A stretch of 63,536 nucleotides of DNA, the filler included, from Octopus bimaculoides (Eukaryota): assembly GCF_001194135.2 (NCBI RefSeq). It is 9 parts of 8 records of this genome, joined end to end, with 100 filler letters (N's around TTAATTAATTAA, not from the genome) between each part and the next. Parts side by side here need not be neighbours in the genome. Positions count along the whole stretch, not along the records: positions 10,533 to 20,461 come from NC_068988.1; positions 20,562 to 25,330 come from NC_068983.1; 7 more parts are not named here. One strand, 5' to 3'. How positions within the stretch are numbered: the first letter of the stretch is position 1; each line of letters opens with the position of its first letter. The notes under the pieces were generated by a model. It was not told the origin of the DNA, searched no databases, and saw only the letters and a list, made by a program, of their open reading frames with translations. The translations under genes and the position numbers were made by a program. Of this stretch, positions 11,370-24,834 are shown piece by piece.

Positions 11370-13170
11370 ACAGAAGAAAACCCACACTCTCAGGTAAGCG
11401 TGGCAGAGAGTTAGAATGAAATCTCAGAGGGCTGATGTTCTAGGAAGGACTGGACATAGTAATTAATGTGGGGCCTAGGGAGTTGGTGGTGGACACAGTC
11501 TAGGATGTCTGTGCATACAGCAGTACCATCCTAGGTATTAGAGCAATATTCCATTGTAGACTTCACCAGAGCTTTAACAGAGTATCAATAATTGTTGGGG
11601 CCTGAAGTATTTTCTCGTCAGAATAGAATATTGCTGTGTTAAAGATGTGCATTTCTCAGGTGAGATTCTCAATGACAGTGAGCACCCAAAACTGGAAGCT
11701 CTATCTGAGCACTGCTCATGATTAATGGGCTATTCTTTTTTCGAAGACAAAGTCCTCATCACAGAAGTGGGATTGAGAAGTCTGTGGACAGGAGAACTAG
11801 AGTTCTTAAGACACTGAAAGAAGCAGCTGAGCAGAGTTCCAACTGGATCTGGTCAAGGAAGAATGAAAGTGAATTTCAGAAGGCAGAGTATACCCTATGT
11901 TCAATTGGCATCTCACACTGACCTGGTTACGACATCCAAGATATCTTGATTTTGGGACGCCTTAACCATCCAGGAAGTCATAATGCAGGCAATAGCACAG
12001 AATGTGGCAACAGAATGGTATCCAGAAGTTATACCTGAATGTGACTCTACTTCCTTACTATTTAAGGAGTTGAAACACCTGCATGAGTGGGGTGGGTGTC
12101 TCCTCTGAAGACCTTATGCTGTTCAGCTCTCCCTGGAGTTTCTTATTACAAGTGTCTTATATAAAATAAAGTTTAGTGAACGTAATATAGAGATTTTTTA
12201 TAAATATAAAATCAGTTATGATTATATAATAATCTGCTTGTTCATTCATCCATTCTACTTAGTTAGTTAGAGAGGTGAACGTGGAGTGAGTGAAAGGTGG
12301 AGTAAGAGTATGAGAGAGAGATGGGAGGAAGGAATGAAGAAAGAGAGGAAGAAGTAGAGAAAGATGATTAATATTAATACACTTAGGTCAAGTGTATCAC
12401 TGGTCAGCTGAAGGTAGAGGTGAAAAATGAGAGAAAAAGAGGGACAGAAAGTGTCGACGACATGTGATGGGGAAGGAATATTTATTGCATGATTAAAGTT
12501 AACTGAAGGGAAAGGTGAAGAGGAAGAGATATGTTTAGGATACAATATTTAGGAGAGAGTGATGTTCTGATGGTGAGGTTAAAGAAAGGCAGATACAGAT
12601 GGACAGGGGAGGCAGTGACATTCAGAGAGAGAGAGAGAGAAAGATAGCGTAGAGATACATTGACAGGAAGAAAAAGATATAAACGAACAACTGAACTGAA
12701 ATGAAATGAGCTTTGTTACTGAAAACTGTAGAGATAATGATGATAGTGGTGGTGGTGTGTTGATAGTTAACTGATGTGGAGAAATGACTGCTATGTCAAG
12801 CAAAACTGATAGTCAACAATGAACTTGTGGTGGTGGAAAGCAGTAGTAAAAGATATAAGCTGGTACGAAAAATTGATTATAAGTCACTGGACTTGCTGCT
12901 GGCAAAAATGGGACATGAAACTCCTACAGGGCAGCAGGTTGAAACAAAATAATGGCAGGCAGCAAAAAAGTTTGCTGGCATTGTGGTGACCAGGTGCTGG
13001 AATCCAAGATGGAAATGAAAAATAACTTGCATGAATGGATGCAACACTGTGTGAAGGTGACCAGTGAAGATCCTGAAAGTGGCAGTGGTGGCCATGACAA
13101 GGTGTTGAGTTGAATGTGGATGCAGAGCTAAGGTACAGTAGAAAGACGTTTCCTCAAGATGCTGTCATAA
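11370..13170 (-). mobile_element. Heavily decayed LINE (APE endonuclease and RT remnants; L2/CR1 or I-like)
   Basis: 12267-12545 gives NFNH...QLTSDTLDL, like the GDFN...PTH..G.TLDL endonuclease motifs; 11400-11700 has weak RT-like residues. Confidence 0.35.
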
Positions 13171-13487
13171 GATTTAACCAGCTTGAGAGTTAACCTCTTT
13201 ATAATCTCTGACATTGGATCTGAAAAAGAGTGACCAAAAATGTGGGATAAAAACTGCTGTGCAAATGAAAAAATCAAAGTTCCCCAACTTTTCAGCCATT
13301 AGAAATGGAGAAATCGAACTTCCAGCACAGAGGCAACAATTTTCACAACAGCAGTTCGAACAAACATGGTCAAATTGAAGTATGATGGAGCAAAAAGCAG
13401 GCAAATAACTGAAATATGACATGGGAGATCAAGACAAGGATGCTGTACTGTAGATGACAAAAGCATCAAAGATGGGTGGGTACTTAA

Positions 13488-13710
13488 TCCATTAAGTCCC
13501 ACTGTCCTATAAATAGGACACTAAATGAGAACATTAAATAAGCTATATCAAATTGTCTCAGTGTCCTATTTATAGGACACCAAGTATTTCCATTTCTACT
13601 TGAAGTAAAGGAGTTTTAATAATTATTTTTTTCATTTTAGCCTATTTTCAATCATCTGTAAAAATTTTAAAGAAATATTCAGAAATTTAAGTACTCTGAG
13701 ACTTAATGGG
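13488..13710. mobile_element. piggyBac-type MITE (223 bp)
   Basis: TTAA|tccattaagtccc ... gagacttaatggg|TTAA: TTAA duplication and 13-bp imperfect TIR. Confidence 0.75.
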
Positions 13711-15438
13711 TTAACAAGAAATTTTCAACGAGCAGATGACTGCTACTTCGAGCAAGTTCAGGCATGAAAGGTGGCAGTTAAAGGTAGTATTTGAATGTGA
13801 AATGATGTCTCACACACAGGGACTTGCAAATGGAAAATTGTTAAAAAAAAAAATTAACCATGAGGTCTTTTGAGTAGAAACTTCTCTAGCAGACTGTACA
13901 GTGAAAGTTCTGACTATTTAGTTCAACAAGTAATTCAGAGATGTAGAGAATTTCACCAGTAAAAAAAAAAATATCTTCCATGTAGAATGATAAGGTGGTA
14001 ACAAACTGAAATTTATTTGTTATTTGCAACAGTAAATCATGTTGGTCAGTCACCAATTTTAGGGGTTGAGGTAGAGTTTCTCTGGCCTTGATAACATTAT
14101 AATTTTCTGGTTCGAAATGAGTGAGGAGAGGAGTTGCATTTCATAGCCACACTTTATTTCAACACCTAATGCAAAGGTTGGTATAATGTGAATTATACTG
14201 TCAGAAAATATACATATTGGTTTCTCATGCAGTTTACACTTGATGTATGCTGTGTAGATCAGGCAAACAAATATGTGACATGACTTCTGCTGGTAGACAG
14301 GAAAGGATGTAATGTGCCAAGGCTACCTGCGAAATAAACCACCTCTCTGCCAATATCCAAATTCGACTGTGCCTACCCATCACACTGGAGAAAGGCAGGA
14401 AGGATTCCTCTTTTCAAAGCTGATGGTAGGCTCCAGCGAACTAGCATAGATTGCCTGTGCTTGGCTGGTCTGTCATGTGATGGGATTGAATAGTCCGCAT
14501 AAAGCTAGGACTTGACCATCACATAACTCAGCCATGTGAACACTTACAGAAAACATGAATATGAGCTGATATTTGGGTATTTAAGCCTAACCAGTTGAAT
14601 GGTAATTATGCTTCAGCAACAAGTCCTTTGATATCTCGTCTGTTTTCACCACTTCATCTCAAGTCTTTTTTAGCCTCTCTCTCCAACATATTCCTTTTAC
14701 CTTCAGTTCTCAGCACTTATTTATACAAATGACCATACTAGTGCAACCTCCTCTCTTGCACTCTACACTTGATTTCCCTTTTCCTTTATACTCATTTTCT
14801 CTCTCAGCTCATTTGTACTTTGGTGTTCATGCACACTAAAATTACACATCCATTACAGCATGTTTGCTCCTTTCTTTATAACCTTCACATGTACATATAT
14901 CATCCCACATCAAGCGAGTGCATGTGTGTGTGTGTAAGAAAAAGTATATTTACTAACAGAAATGTATGCTATTAAAATAAATTATCATTTACATACCTTT
15001 TTTAAACTATTATGTTACCCTAATGATATTCCTCACACACATGTATATACATACACTGACACACACACACGCACACATACACAGTATATTGCATGAGCAA
15101 TCTATGTTTATAGAGAGTGAGAGAGAGTGTGGTAAAAATGTGTAGAGAAGTTTACCATGAGAAAAGCGAAAAATGAAAGAGATAGAAATCTTGTTGTATC
15201 ACAGATTTTGAAATTAAGTAAAAATTTTCAAATTTGGTATATCAATGTACTTTTTTATGCTGAATCTGAGTTTGTGATTCATTTATTCCAGAAAAAGTTT
15301 AGGAAAATGCTACAGAGATTTAAAGGTTAATTATTTTTTATCCAATCAGAAAACAGGATTTGTGTGTAATAGATATCATGAAATGAAAGTAAACATTAGA
15401 AGATGGGGTTTTAAGCAAAATGAAAACAATGCATGTAT

Positions 15439-18232
15439 TGTAGGGTATTAGTAATAATGACACACCCCTCCCATGTGACAAATGGAATAACCTAGTTACT
15501 GTAAGTAAAGAGAAGTAGGTGAAGTCCTGGAGTATGTTGTAGAGATAGTCAGAGATAGTCGTAGTTTCACTGGTTTTTCTTAGTATACTGAAGAGGGCGT
15601 TATAACAATCCAACATTTTAAGGATTACAACAGTGGTGATGAGGATTTAAACAACCCCGAATTAATAAACTTGACAAGGATTTTAACAACTCACAAGGAG
15701 TTAATAAACTCACAAAAGTTTTTGTTGTGCGAATTTTATGAAAAAAAACCCATAAAATTATGGAAAATTTGTTGACCAGTTTGCTCGATTTGCAAAAACA
15801 GCAACAACAGCAGCAGCTACAACTGCAAGAACAACAGCTGAAGCAACAACAACTGAAAGAACAACAACAGCAACAGATACAACTTCAAGAGCAACAACAG
15901 AAGCAACAACAACAAATAATATTTCAGCAACAAATGCTGCAATTACTAAAATAATAAGGAAAGTCAGAAAAAGTGTTCTTGACAGACTATGTCATAAACT
16001 CCATTACACAGAATTCAAATATGAACCTGATAAGGGAGTTACTTTCAAAGCATACTACAGAAGATATGAACAAATCTTCAAGAAGAATGTAAAAATTGGG
16101 ATGACAAGATGAAAATGCACTTAATCTTGAGAAAACTGGCAGCAACAGAACATGAACGATACAGAAATTATATGCTCCCAAGAAAACCTTCGAACATAAA
16201 CTTTAATGGTTCAATAGATATATAGTGTAAAATTTTCAGTGCAAAAAGCTCATTGTTCAACACACGTTGGCAGTGTCTGAACATAGAGAAAAACAATGAC
16301 AAGGACTACATTGCATATGCTAGTAGAGTAAACGGAATGTGAGAAGCTGGGTGAATTAATACCAGATATGTTCAAATGCCTGACTTACTGCCAAAAAGGA
16401 TGTAGAAGTTAGAACTAGAATTCTCGCAAAACTGGAACAAAACCAGGATGTAACCCTACAGCAAGTATCAGGAGAATGTGAAAGGATAGTCAAATTAAGA
16501 CACAACACAGAGAAAATCAAACAGAAAGATTGTTTCCAAATAAAGCAAGTACGAAATAGTCAGAATAGAAATAGTGTTTTCTAAAAGACACAACAAAAAT
16601 TAGGAAATAAACCCATGTTTTGCATGTGGAGGTATACACCTGAGGAAAAATTGTCCATTTACAAAAGAGGAGTGCTTTCATTGTGGAAATATAAGACATA
16701 TAAAGATGCACTGTAAAATGAAAATGACAAAACGTCAGAACAAAGATAAAAAAATAAATAATATGTCATCAGAAGAAATTGGAAATATAATGATGAGGAA
16801 ATTCATAAAGGTGAAAATCATAAATACAAGTGTTAAAATGCAATTGGACACTGGTAGTGGTATTACCATTATAAAAGAAAATATGTAGAAATATGTCAGT
16901 AAACCAAAGTTAATTAAATCTAAAAAGGTAGCACATGGCGTTGTGGGGAAAAGGATTATATTTTCTTAGTGAATTCATATGCAATGTAACATTTCGAGGT
17001 CAAATGAAAAAGGCTAAGATATATGTGTCAAAAAGTTCACTTAATCTATTTGGCACAGAGTGGATGGAACTATTCAAAGTATGGAATATGCCCGTAAGTA
17101 TTTTGTGTGGAAATATAGCCAGTTCAGTTGAAGGTTCAAATGCAGCTGAGGGACTGAAACAAAAAATTACAGTAAAACAGAGCTGAACACCTGTATACAA
17201 GCCAAAATGAAATAAAAAATTGCCCACGATGAAAAGTGAACCTTGGCCAAAAGTAGATGTTCCGTAGTTGAGACTACACATCAATTTCACAGGTCTTTTA
17301 AATAGTTCTTACTACTTAGTGGTGGTTAGTAGTTTCTTAAATGGCCAGAAATTTGTAAGTGTTAAAAACCAACCTCTGTAACAGTGATAATTTTTTTACA
17401 TGAAATGTTTGCAAGATTTGGCATCCCAAACAATGGAACACAATTTGTGTCTAGTGAATTAAAAAAGTTTTGTGAAACATTCACAGTAGAACATGTAGCT
17501 ACTGTACCATACCATCCCAGATCTAATGGACAGGCAGAACGCTTTGCTGATACCTTCAAATAGCCCTTAGAAAATCAAATAAGGAAGTTGCAGATGTGTT
17601 AGCTCTACAACAATTTTTAAGAGTGCACTGTATGACACCAAATTCAAATACACCAGCAGGTAACTCAACAGCAGAGCTGATGTTTGCAAGGAAATCAGTC
17701 TTTGATAAATTGTTACCTGGCAAGAAAAGAAAAAGTGCCAGGGAAGACATTGCAAGATTCTTTAAAGTTGGTGAAAAGGTGAATATGAGAGCATATAAGA
17801 ACAGAAAGCAGTGTTGGGAAGATGGCATAATTACCAAATGCATAGGTAAAGTGATGTATTGGGTAAAAAGTAGAAAAGGCATACGAAAGAGACACAGGGA
17901 CGAATTGAAAAAGAGGTTCATGAAAAGTGAACCAAAGAAGTTGGAGGAACTCATAAAATGGTTGTATGATACATTCCAAGTATCAACACCACTGCAAGTG
18001 ATTGAACCCAAGCATACAAGTGTAAGAAAAAGAAAACATACTGAGTTCCTGAAAATAGATGCCAAGTACAAAAAATATTAAATTGTACAAAAAAAACTCA
18101 AAGAGGGGAGGTGGGTTCAATAAAAAATTATTGCTAAATGACACTTCCAAAGAAAAACTTAAAAGGAGAGATGTAGGGAATTAGTAATAATGGTACACCC
18201 CTCCCATGTGACGATTGGAATAACCTAGTCAC
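15439..18232 (+). mobile_element. Gypsy Mag-clade LTR retrotransposon, internally deleted (gag-PR-INT, no RT/RNase H)
   Basis: 5' LTR TG(15439)...CA(15632); PBS tggtgatgagg; gag with CX2CX3HX4C and CX2CX4HX4C knuckles (16616-16713); protease LDTG (16847); integrase FARFGIP..NGTQF..YHPRSNGQAERF; PPT aaaaggagaga; 3' LTR from 18172, truncated. Confidence 0.92.
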
Positions 18233-19063
18233 ATGGTTGCATACACAGTGAAAGATGGCAGTGACCTTCATGAGGTAGTGTACTGAATGACATTGCTGTG
18301 TTTACTTCACAAGTTGTGAAATTTGTGTTTTTGTGATCATGAGTATGCTGTAGTCTGTGATTTTGTCGTGGACAGGAACAAAGAGCCAATGTGAAATTTT
18401 GTGGTAAACTTAGGAAGTTTGCTACAGAGACATTGAGCATGCTTCAGCAAGCTTACGGTGACAAGGTAATGTGCTGTACACAATGTTTTGAGTGTTACAG
18501 GCACTTCGAATGCAGGAGAATGTCCCTTGAAGATGATGAGTGATCTGGAAGACCTACCACAAGCATCACCCCCAAAAATATGGTATTGTGCATCAATTGA
18601 GAGTTCTACTGCAACATTTTGAAGTGTTTGGGTGAAAACATTCAGCAAAAGCAACCAGATCTGTGGAGCACGAACAACTGGATTCTTCACAACAACAATG
18701 CACCCTGTCACAGCTCCCCTTGCTTATGAGTTTTTCACCAAAAACAACATGGTATCACTTCTGCACCAGCCATAGTCACCAGATTTAGCACCTGCACACT
18801 TCCATCTCTTCCCCAAGATGAAAATGCAGCTCAAAGGTCACCATTTTAACACCATTGTCAAGATCCAAAGTGAATCACAGAAGGTCCTCTGACGCTTACA
18901 GTAAACAACTTCCAGGCCAGATTCTGAAAGTTGCAGGAATGCTGTGACTGGTGTATTGCTGCGCAAGGTAACTATTTTGAAGGAGATCATGTTAAAACTT
19001 AGGTGTAAATAAGTTATTTTTTATTAAATATAAGTAGTCTGGGAACCTTTAAATACCACTTCA
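18230..19063 (+). mobile_element. Internally deleted mariner element lacking its left TIR
   Basis: QRANVKFCGKLRKFATETLSMLQQAYGD...EDDE*SGRP, then HNNNAPCH...HQP*SPDLAPAHFHLFPKMKMQLKG; right TIR ...aaataccacttca+TA. Confidence 0.88.
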
Positions 19064-19483
19064 TACATATTTTTGCTGTCAAATACTCTGAATTTCTTGA
19101 AATTCTTCTAAATGATATTGAGATTTACTTCTCATACATAAAGAATTACCTTGGATGTGTATTCTACTTAGATTTACTGGTGTCTGATTGTTGGATATAG
19201 GCAACCAAATTCATTTTAAACTGAGTGCTTTGTTGATATCAGCCTGGATTTTTTTCTTTTTTTTTCTTCTTCTTATTATATATATACTAGCATAACTGTG
19301 TCATGAAAAATGCCGGCAATTTTATTAATGATGGAAAATGGTACATCAACACAATGAGGAAAACCATTAATAAATGTCAGCAATCTAGTAAATGTATGTA
19401 CATACACAAAATTGAAGCAGTTGAAGAATCACATATGATTGTAATGTCTCAGTTGAAAATATCACCTACATGATGCATGTTTG

Positions 19484-19517
<34 letters not shown>

Positions 19518-19554
19518 AACATATATATACATATATAAGTACATATAAATACAC

Positions 19555-19593
<39 letters not shown>

Positions 19594-19599
19594 AGTATG

Positions 19600-19654
<55 letters not shown>

Positions 19655-19660
<6 letters not shown>

Positions 19661-19960
19661 CAATGTGACATCTGCACAAACAACCAGACGAAATCATACA
19701 TAGTTGCAACTAAGAACCAAATGATTCTCAGATATAATGCACATCTCTCAAGCTTCAGAAATAGGAATAAGGCTAACTCAACAGGGCTAAGTGCATACAT
19801 TTGGGAACTTAAGGATAACAAAATAGATTTTAGCTTAAACTGGCGTATACTCACTAAAACAACGTCCTACAACACCGCAAATAGATGCTGCAATCTCTGC
19901 CTATCAGAACGCCTAGCTATATTTACAGTTAAGTAAACCCTTCTCAACAGGAAATTTGAG
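19655..19960 (+). mobile_element. Penelope-like element GIY-YIG endonuclease fragment
   Basis: YQCDICT...KSYIVAT...[30 protein letters not shown]...[11 protein letters not shown] is the typical PLE endonuclease C-terminal signature. Confidence 0.88.
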
Positions 19961-20779
19961 AACAACTTTTTTTGTCTTCATGTGGGCCTTTATGAATTTT
20001 CGAAATACCGGTAGAATAGCCCCTCTTGTCTTCATGCAGGCCTCTATGTCTTCATAATCCCAAACTAGAATACTCATCTCTATAAGTCTAATTAACTCAG
20101 TAACATATTAAACACACAAATAGGCACCCCACAAACCCACTCACCCCAAACATCCCATAACAATATACTTTGCAAATACACGGGGCCCCATCTAGCACTA
20201 AGAACTTCCTAAACTCTAGCAATAAGACAACTGTTAGCCATAACACATTTTCAAATTACCCAATATTTGGTATGAGTTAGCTCCTTTTTCACCCTGTTAG
20301 AGTTACCCCCTTCACCTACACTGCTAGTGTTAACTAATCGTAAAACTGAATAAACACGTGTGACGAAAAAAATGTGCTTAATTAAACTAGGAAACCTGCA
20401 CCTAAATAATACTCACCCCGCCCTAATCACCCAATGAAACTAACCAATCTACCACAAGCATNNNNNNNNNNNNNNNNNNNNNNNNNNNNNNNNNNNNNNN
20501 NNNNNTTAATTAATTAANNNNNNNNNNNNNNNNNNNNNNNNNNNNNNNNNNNNNNNNNNNNAAGAATGATTCGATAAAAAATCAAGGTTTAAAGAAACCA
20601 CGACACAGGTATGCCTAATTAATTTTACTATAATTAATTAATTATATTTAATAGCAATTGTTTTTGTTCTTAAAGGGCAATCGACGAGCAGAATCATTAG
20701 AATGTCAAACGAAATATCTTGCACTATTTTTACTTTTTCTTTTCTTTTTTTATTTGTGTTTTTTTTTGTTTGTTTTTTT

Positions 20780-21010
20780 ATACTTATTTCAATCACTGGG
20801 TTTGCGGCCATGCTGGGGCACCGCCTTGAAGGATTTAGTCGAACAAATCAACCCCAGTACTTATTTTTTTTTTTTGAAAGCCTGGTATTTATTTTATTGA
20901 AACCCTTTATGTCGAACCACTAAGTTACGGGGACGTAAGCAAACCAACACCGGTTTTCAATCAGTGAAGAGAAGGCAAACACAAAAACGCACACATACAT
21001 ACACACGCAG
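20780..21010 (-). mobile_element. SINE family A, 3' half
   Basis: Reverse-complement match to 31340-31540. Confidence 0.8.
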
Positions 21011-21949
21011 ACACACATGTGTGTATATGTATGTATGTATGTATGTATGCATTTGTATGTATAGTCCAAATAAGAAGATAAAGAATGAATTTAGCACAAC
21101 TTTAACGATTACTCTTTTACACTTTTACTTGTTTCAGTAATTTGACTGCGGCCATGCTGGAGCACCGTCTTNNNNNNNNNNNNNNNNNNNNNNNNNNNNN
21201 NNNNNNNNNNNNNNNNNNNNNNNNNNNNNNNNNNNNNNNNNNNNNNNNNNNNNNNNNNNNNNNNNNNNNNNATATATATATACGTGTATCTGTGTGTTTA
21301 CGTGTACGCGGTCATGTCTGCGTTTGCGCACGTGTAGTTAACTGAAGTCTAAGGGAAGAATCCTGGTATTAGGGAAGATAACTCGGGATTTTTGTTTTTC
21401 TTGAAATGTTAGGGGAGGTAACTTTTAATTTTGCATTCCAGAAGAAATATTCAAATTTCTCTCGAACTATCTTACGGGTAAAAAACAAAAGTGAAAATAA
21501 AAGTGAAAATAAGAGTACACCGTACATAATGTGATTTTGCATACACTGTATCTAAAGACAAGTTAGCTGGTTACATCCTCCTCTTGTCATTTTCATTCAT
21601 ATATATATATAGGAATTGTAAAACAGGAGCTCCACTTGATAGCACACCCTGCCTCATGGATACATCTATGACTTGAAAAAGATGGAATGAATACGGCTTA
21701 AGCGCTTTTGACCTTATGTCTGTCCCATCACGTCACCTGAGGCAAAACATCAAAAATCAATATATCAGTATGCCAAAATTTGAGAGCAATATTACAAATT
21801 ATTGTGTATGTGTATGTGAGCATGTATGTATGTATGTATGTATGTAATGTATGTATGTGTATGTATGTATGTATGTATGTATGTATGCATGAATACACAT
21901 AGACACACAAATACACATACACACATGTAAGTACAAACATTCCACAATC

Positions 21950-21971
21950 TATCTATCCATCTATCTATCTA

Positions 21972-22049
<78 letters not shown>

Positions 22050-22170
22050 TTTATCTTTCTATCTATCTCCTCTTTATCGATCTATCTATTTATCCATCTA
22101 TCCATCTATCTATCTCTCTCTCTCTCTCTCTTCCTTTATCTATTTCTCTCTCTATCTATCTATCTCCTCT

Positions 22171-22214
<44 letters not shown>

Positions 22215-22247
22215 ATTTCTATCTATCCATCCATCTATCTATCTATC

Positions 22248-22291
<44 letters not shown>

Positions 22292-22340
22292 TCTCTCTCC
22301 CTTTATCTATCTATCCATCTATCTATCTCCTCTTTATCTA
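21950..22340. repeat. Compound (CT)n/(CTAT)n microsatellite
   Basis: Directly visible. Confidence 0.95.
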
Positions 22341-22654
22341 TCCATCTATCTATCTAAACAATTTATAACTGAAACAATTTGTAACGATATAAACTTTCCT
22401 TAAAATATTATTTCATATATATATATATATATATATATCATACCTGACCCCCTACACTTTTTTCTGCAAAATAGGGGTAGTTTATCCTGTTCAGGCTATA
22501 TTATTAGCATTATCCTGCGTTTGAGAATTTAAAATCACTTCTTTAACTTTCTAAGACATCTCAACGCTTCTAAAAGCAAACTTCGTTTGTTTGTTTACGT
22601 TCATCGTAATTTGAATTTAATATATATTTATTTATTTATTTATGTGTATTTCAG

Positions 22655-22989
22655 AGAAGAAAACTGATTTGCAAATGTCACATGAACAACGGTGTCAATC
22701 TCCAGTCAGTTCCGTCTCCAACGGTAGTCCACCAGTATGGAATGAGCCTTCAATGAAACACGTCCCGTGCAACGACTCTTTACAATCACACAGAACTGGA
22801 TCACACTTCACAGGCTACATAGACCGACCCACTTATCTACCCCCAGCCAACTACACCACACCCTGGGTATCAACAGATTACCCTTACAGTGACTATGTGA
22901 AATCTCTATCAACAGATTATATGTCAAAACGGAACCATCTACAGATAATGCCGTCTTGGTTAAAGCTGTACGCCGGTGGTTCCTTATAA
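22655..22989 (+). CDS. Probable terminal coding exon of an unidentified gene (EKKTDLQMSHEQRCQSPVSS...YTTPWVSTDYPYSDY...SWLKLYAGGSL*)
   Basis: T-rich tract then tttcag| at 22654; 110-codon Ser/Pro/Tyr-rich open frame ending TAA; followed by AT-rich, 3'UTR-like sequence. Confidence 0.6.
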
Positions 22990-24711
22990 ATATCTATTAT
23001 TATTCTTCAACACTACACTTGCAGCTTTATAAAAATGGAGAAATGAGATTCGGTGGCGTTTATACCTATCTTCAAAGTATTACAGTCCTAAATGGACCCA
23101 GGGCAAGAAGAGTACCCTCTCGTTACTTCTTTCATCCTCCACGGGGCTCCTGTTTAATATTAATGATTTCGTCAGACGTTGACAAAATGCCACACATTTA
23201 AGGGATGCAAGATGCTACACTAGATATAATAATATACTCCAATATTTTACGACTACTTATTTTATCGGCCCCGAATGAATGAAAAGCAAATTCAACCTTG
23301 ACTGGATTTGAACACGGAACTTAAAGGATTGTAACTAAACACCTAAATGTATTTTTGCCGATTCTGACAGTCACTGTCTTTAACTTCAGATATAATGACG
23401 GTAGCAATACGAGAACAAAGATAAACATTAAATTCATGGTTTGCCAAATCTAAGAGTGAATATCGTTTTCAATCTCCGGCTGAAAACGCTCCATCTTTTA
23501 CTTCATTTGATTTTAAGTACGTTATCCATGTCTCCCTCAACACCACCAAAAGCCACAAACATCATAAATTCCTTCCGGTTCTTTTCCGTTGTAAATTTGA
23601 ACTTCCAGAACTGTGTGTCTAACAAACCCCACCAAAGAGACAAAATCTATTTTTGGCAGCTGTCACGCTTTTGGTGACAATTATTTTATAAGTGGAAATG
23701 TTTCATAAAAGACAAAGACTGTGAAAAGTTTATCGTTAACTAAATATTTATAGGTAATGCACAAAATACAATAATAATGGCGTCAAACATGTACAAGGCT
23801 ACACAAGTTTTAAGAGAAGGGGAAAACAATCGATTGAATCGGACGGGGTATATTTATTACTAATATTTTATGTTAATGAACTTCCAAAAGGATAAAAAGA
23901 AGAATCAACCTCGGCGGGATGGGCATTCATTCAGTTAATAATACTTTTTTAAGAAAAACCAGTTTGAACTCAATCCATCATTCTGTCCTCAGTACTTACT
24001 AGACAATAAGGGAGCATTCATGTGAATACTCAGCCTTCTAAAGATAGCATTCAAATTCTTCCTCAGATCAAACCCTTCTGCCCTAAACAGTAAATAATAC
24101 ACTGCGTAGCCTAATCCTAGATATCTCTTGTCCCCCACTCGCTGAGAAAAAAAGATTGCATGCTTTAATCATAGGTTTACTCAATGAAGGGGTTCAAAAC
24201 CGAACAGACGAAATGCAAAGTCAGCGTCAGCGAGAGTTGAACTGAAAAAAAGGAAAGTATGTGAATACTACCAAACAGTTCGTTCCGACGCTCTACCGAT
24301 CGTACCAATCAATCAACAAATCGAATAAACTCTTTAAATCATTAAGAAACAATGATATTAAAAATAACAATGGAATATAGTATAAAACAACACTATCTTG
24401 AGAATAATATCCAGTCATTTATAATTCTCTTAATTATTCTTTGTTCGATATTTGTTGTAATATTGTTGTAATTTAATTAATTATCAGTGTTTGTTACTCA
24501 TGTCTTTGATCTTATTTCTTATCAAACAAATAAAAGTAACAGCTGACGATGAAAATCTTGGGCAACTGAAATAATCTATGCAATTGGTAGTCAACACATT
24601 CTTCGGTGATATTTTAAAATCTTCTTTTTTCTGCTTTTTTTTTTTAAGCAACAAGCAAGGGAAACAACTTTGATCAGATCAGTTAATAGAAATTTTTTTA
24701 CCCATATAGAT

Positions 24712-24834
24712 CAGTTCTTGGCAATCTGTGGTCAGCGTGACTTTCTGAATGGCATGCCTAGACGAAAATTTACTTGATTTTTTTAATTTTCTTAGTAGTG
24801 CGGCCCACTTGTTGATAAAGATTGCCCATGCCTG
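24712..24834. mobile_element. hAT-type MITE (123 bp)
   Basis: Imperfect TIR cagttcttggcaatct / rc caggcatgggcaatct; 8-bp TSD atatagat/atataggt; subterminal gcggccc. Confidence 0.7.
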
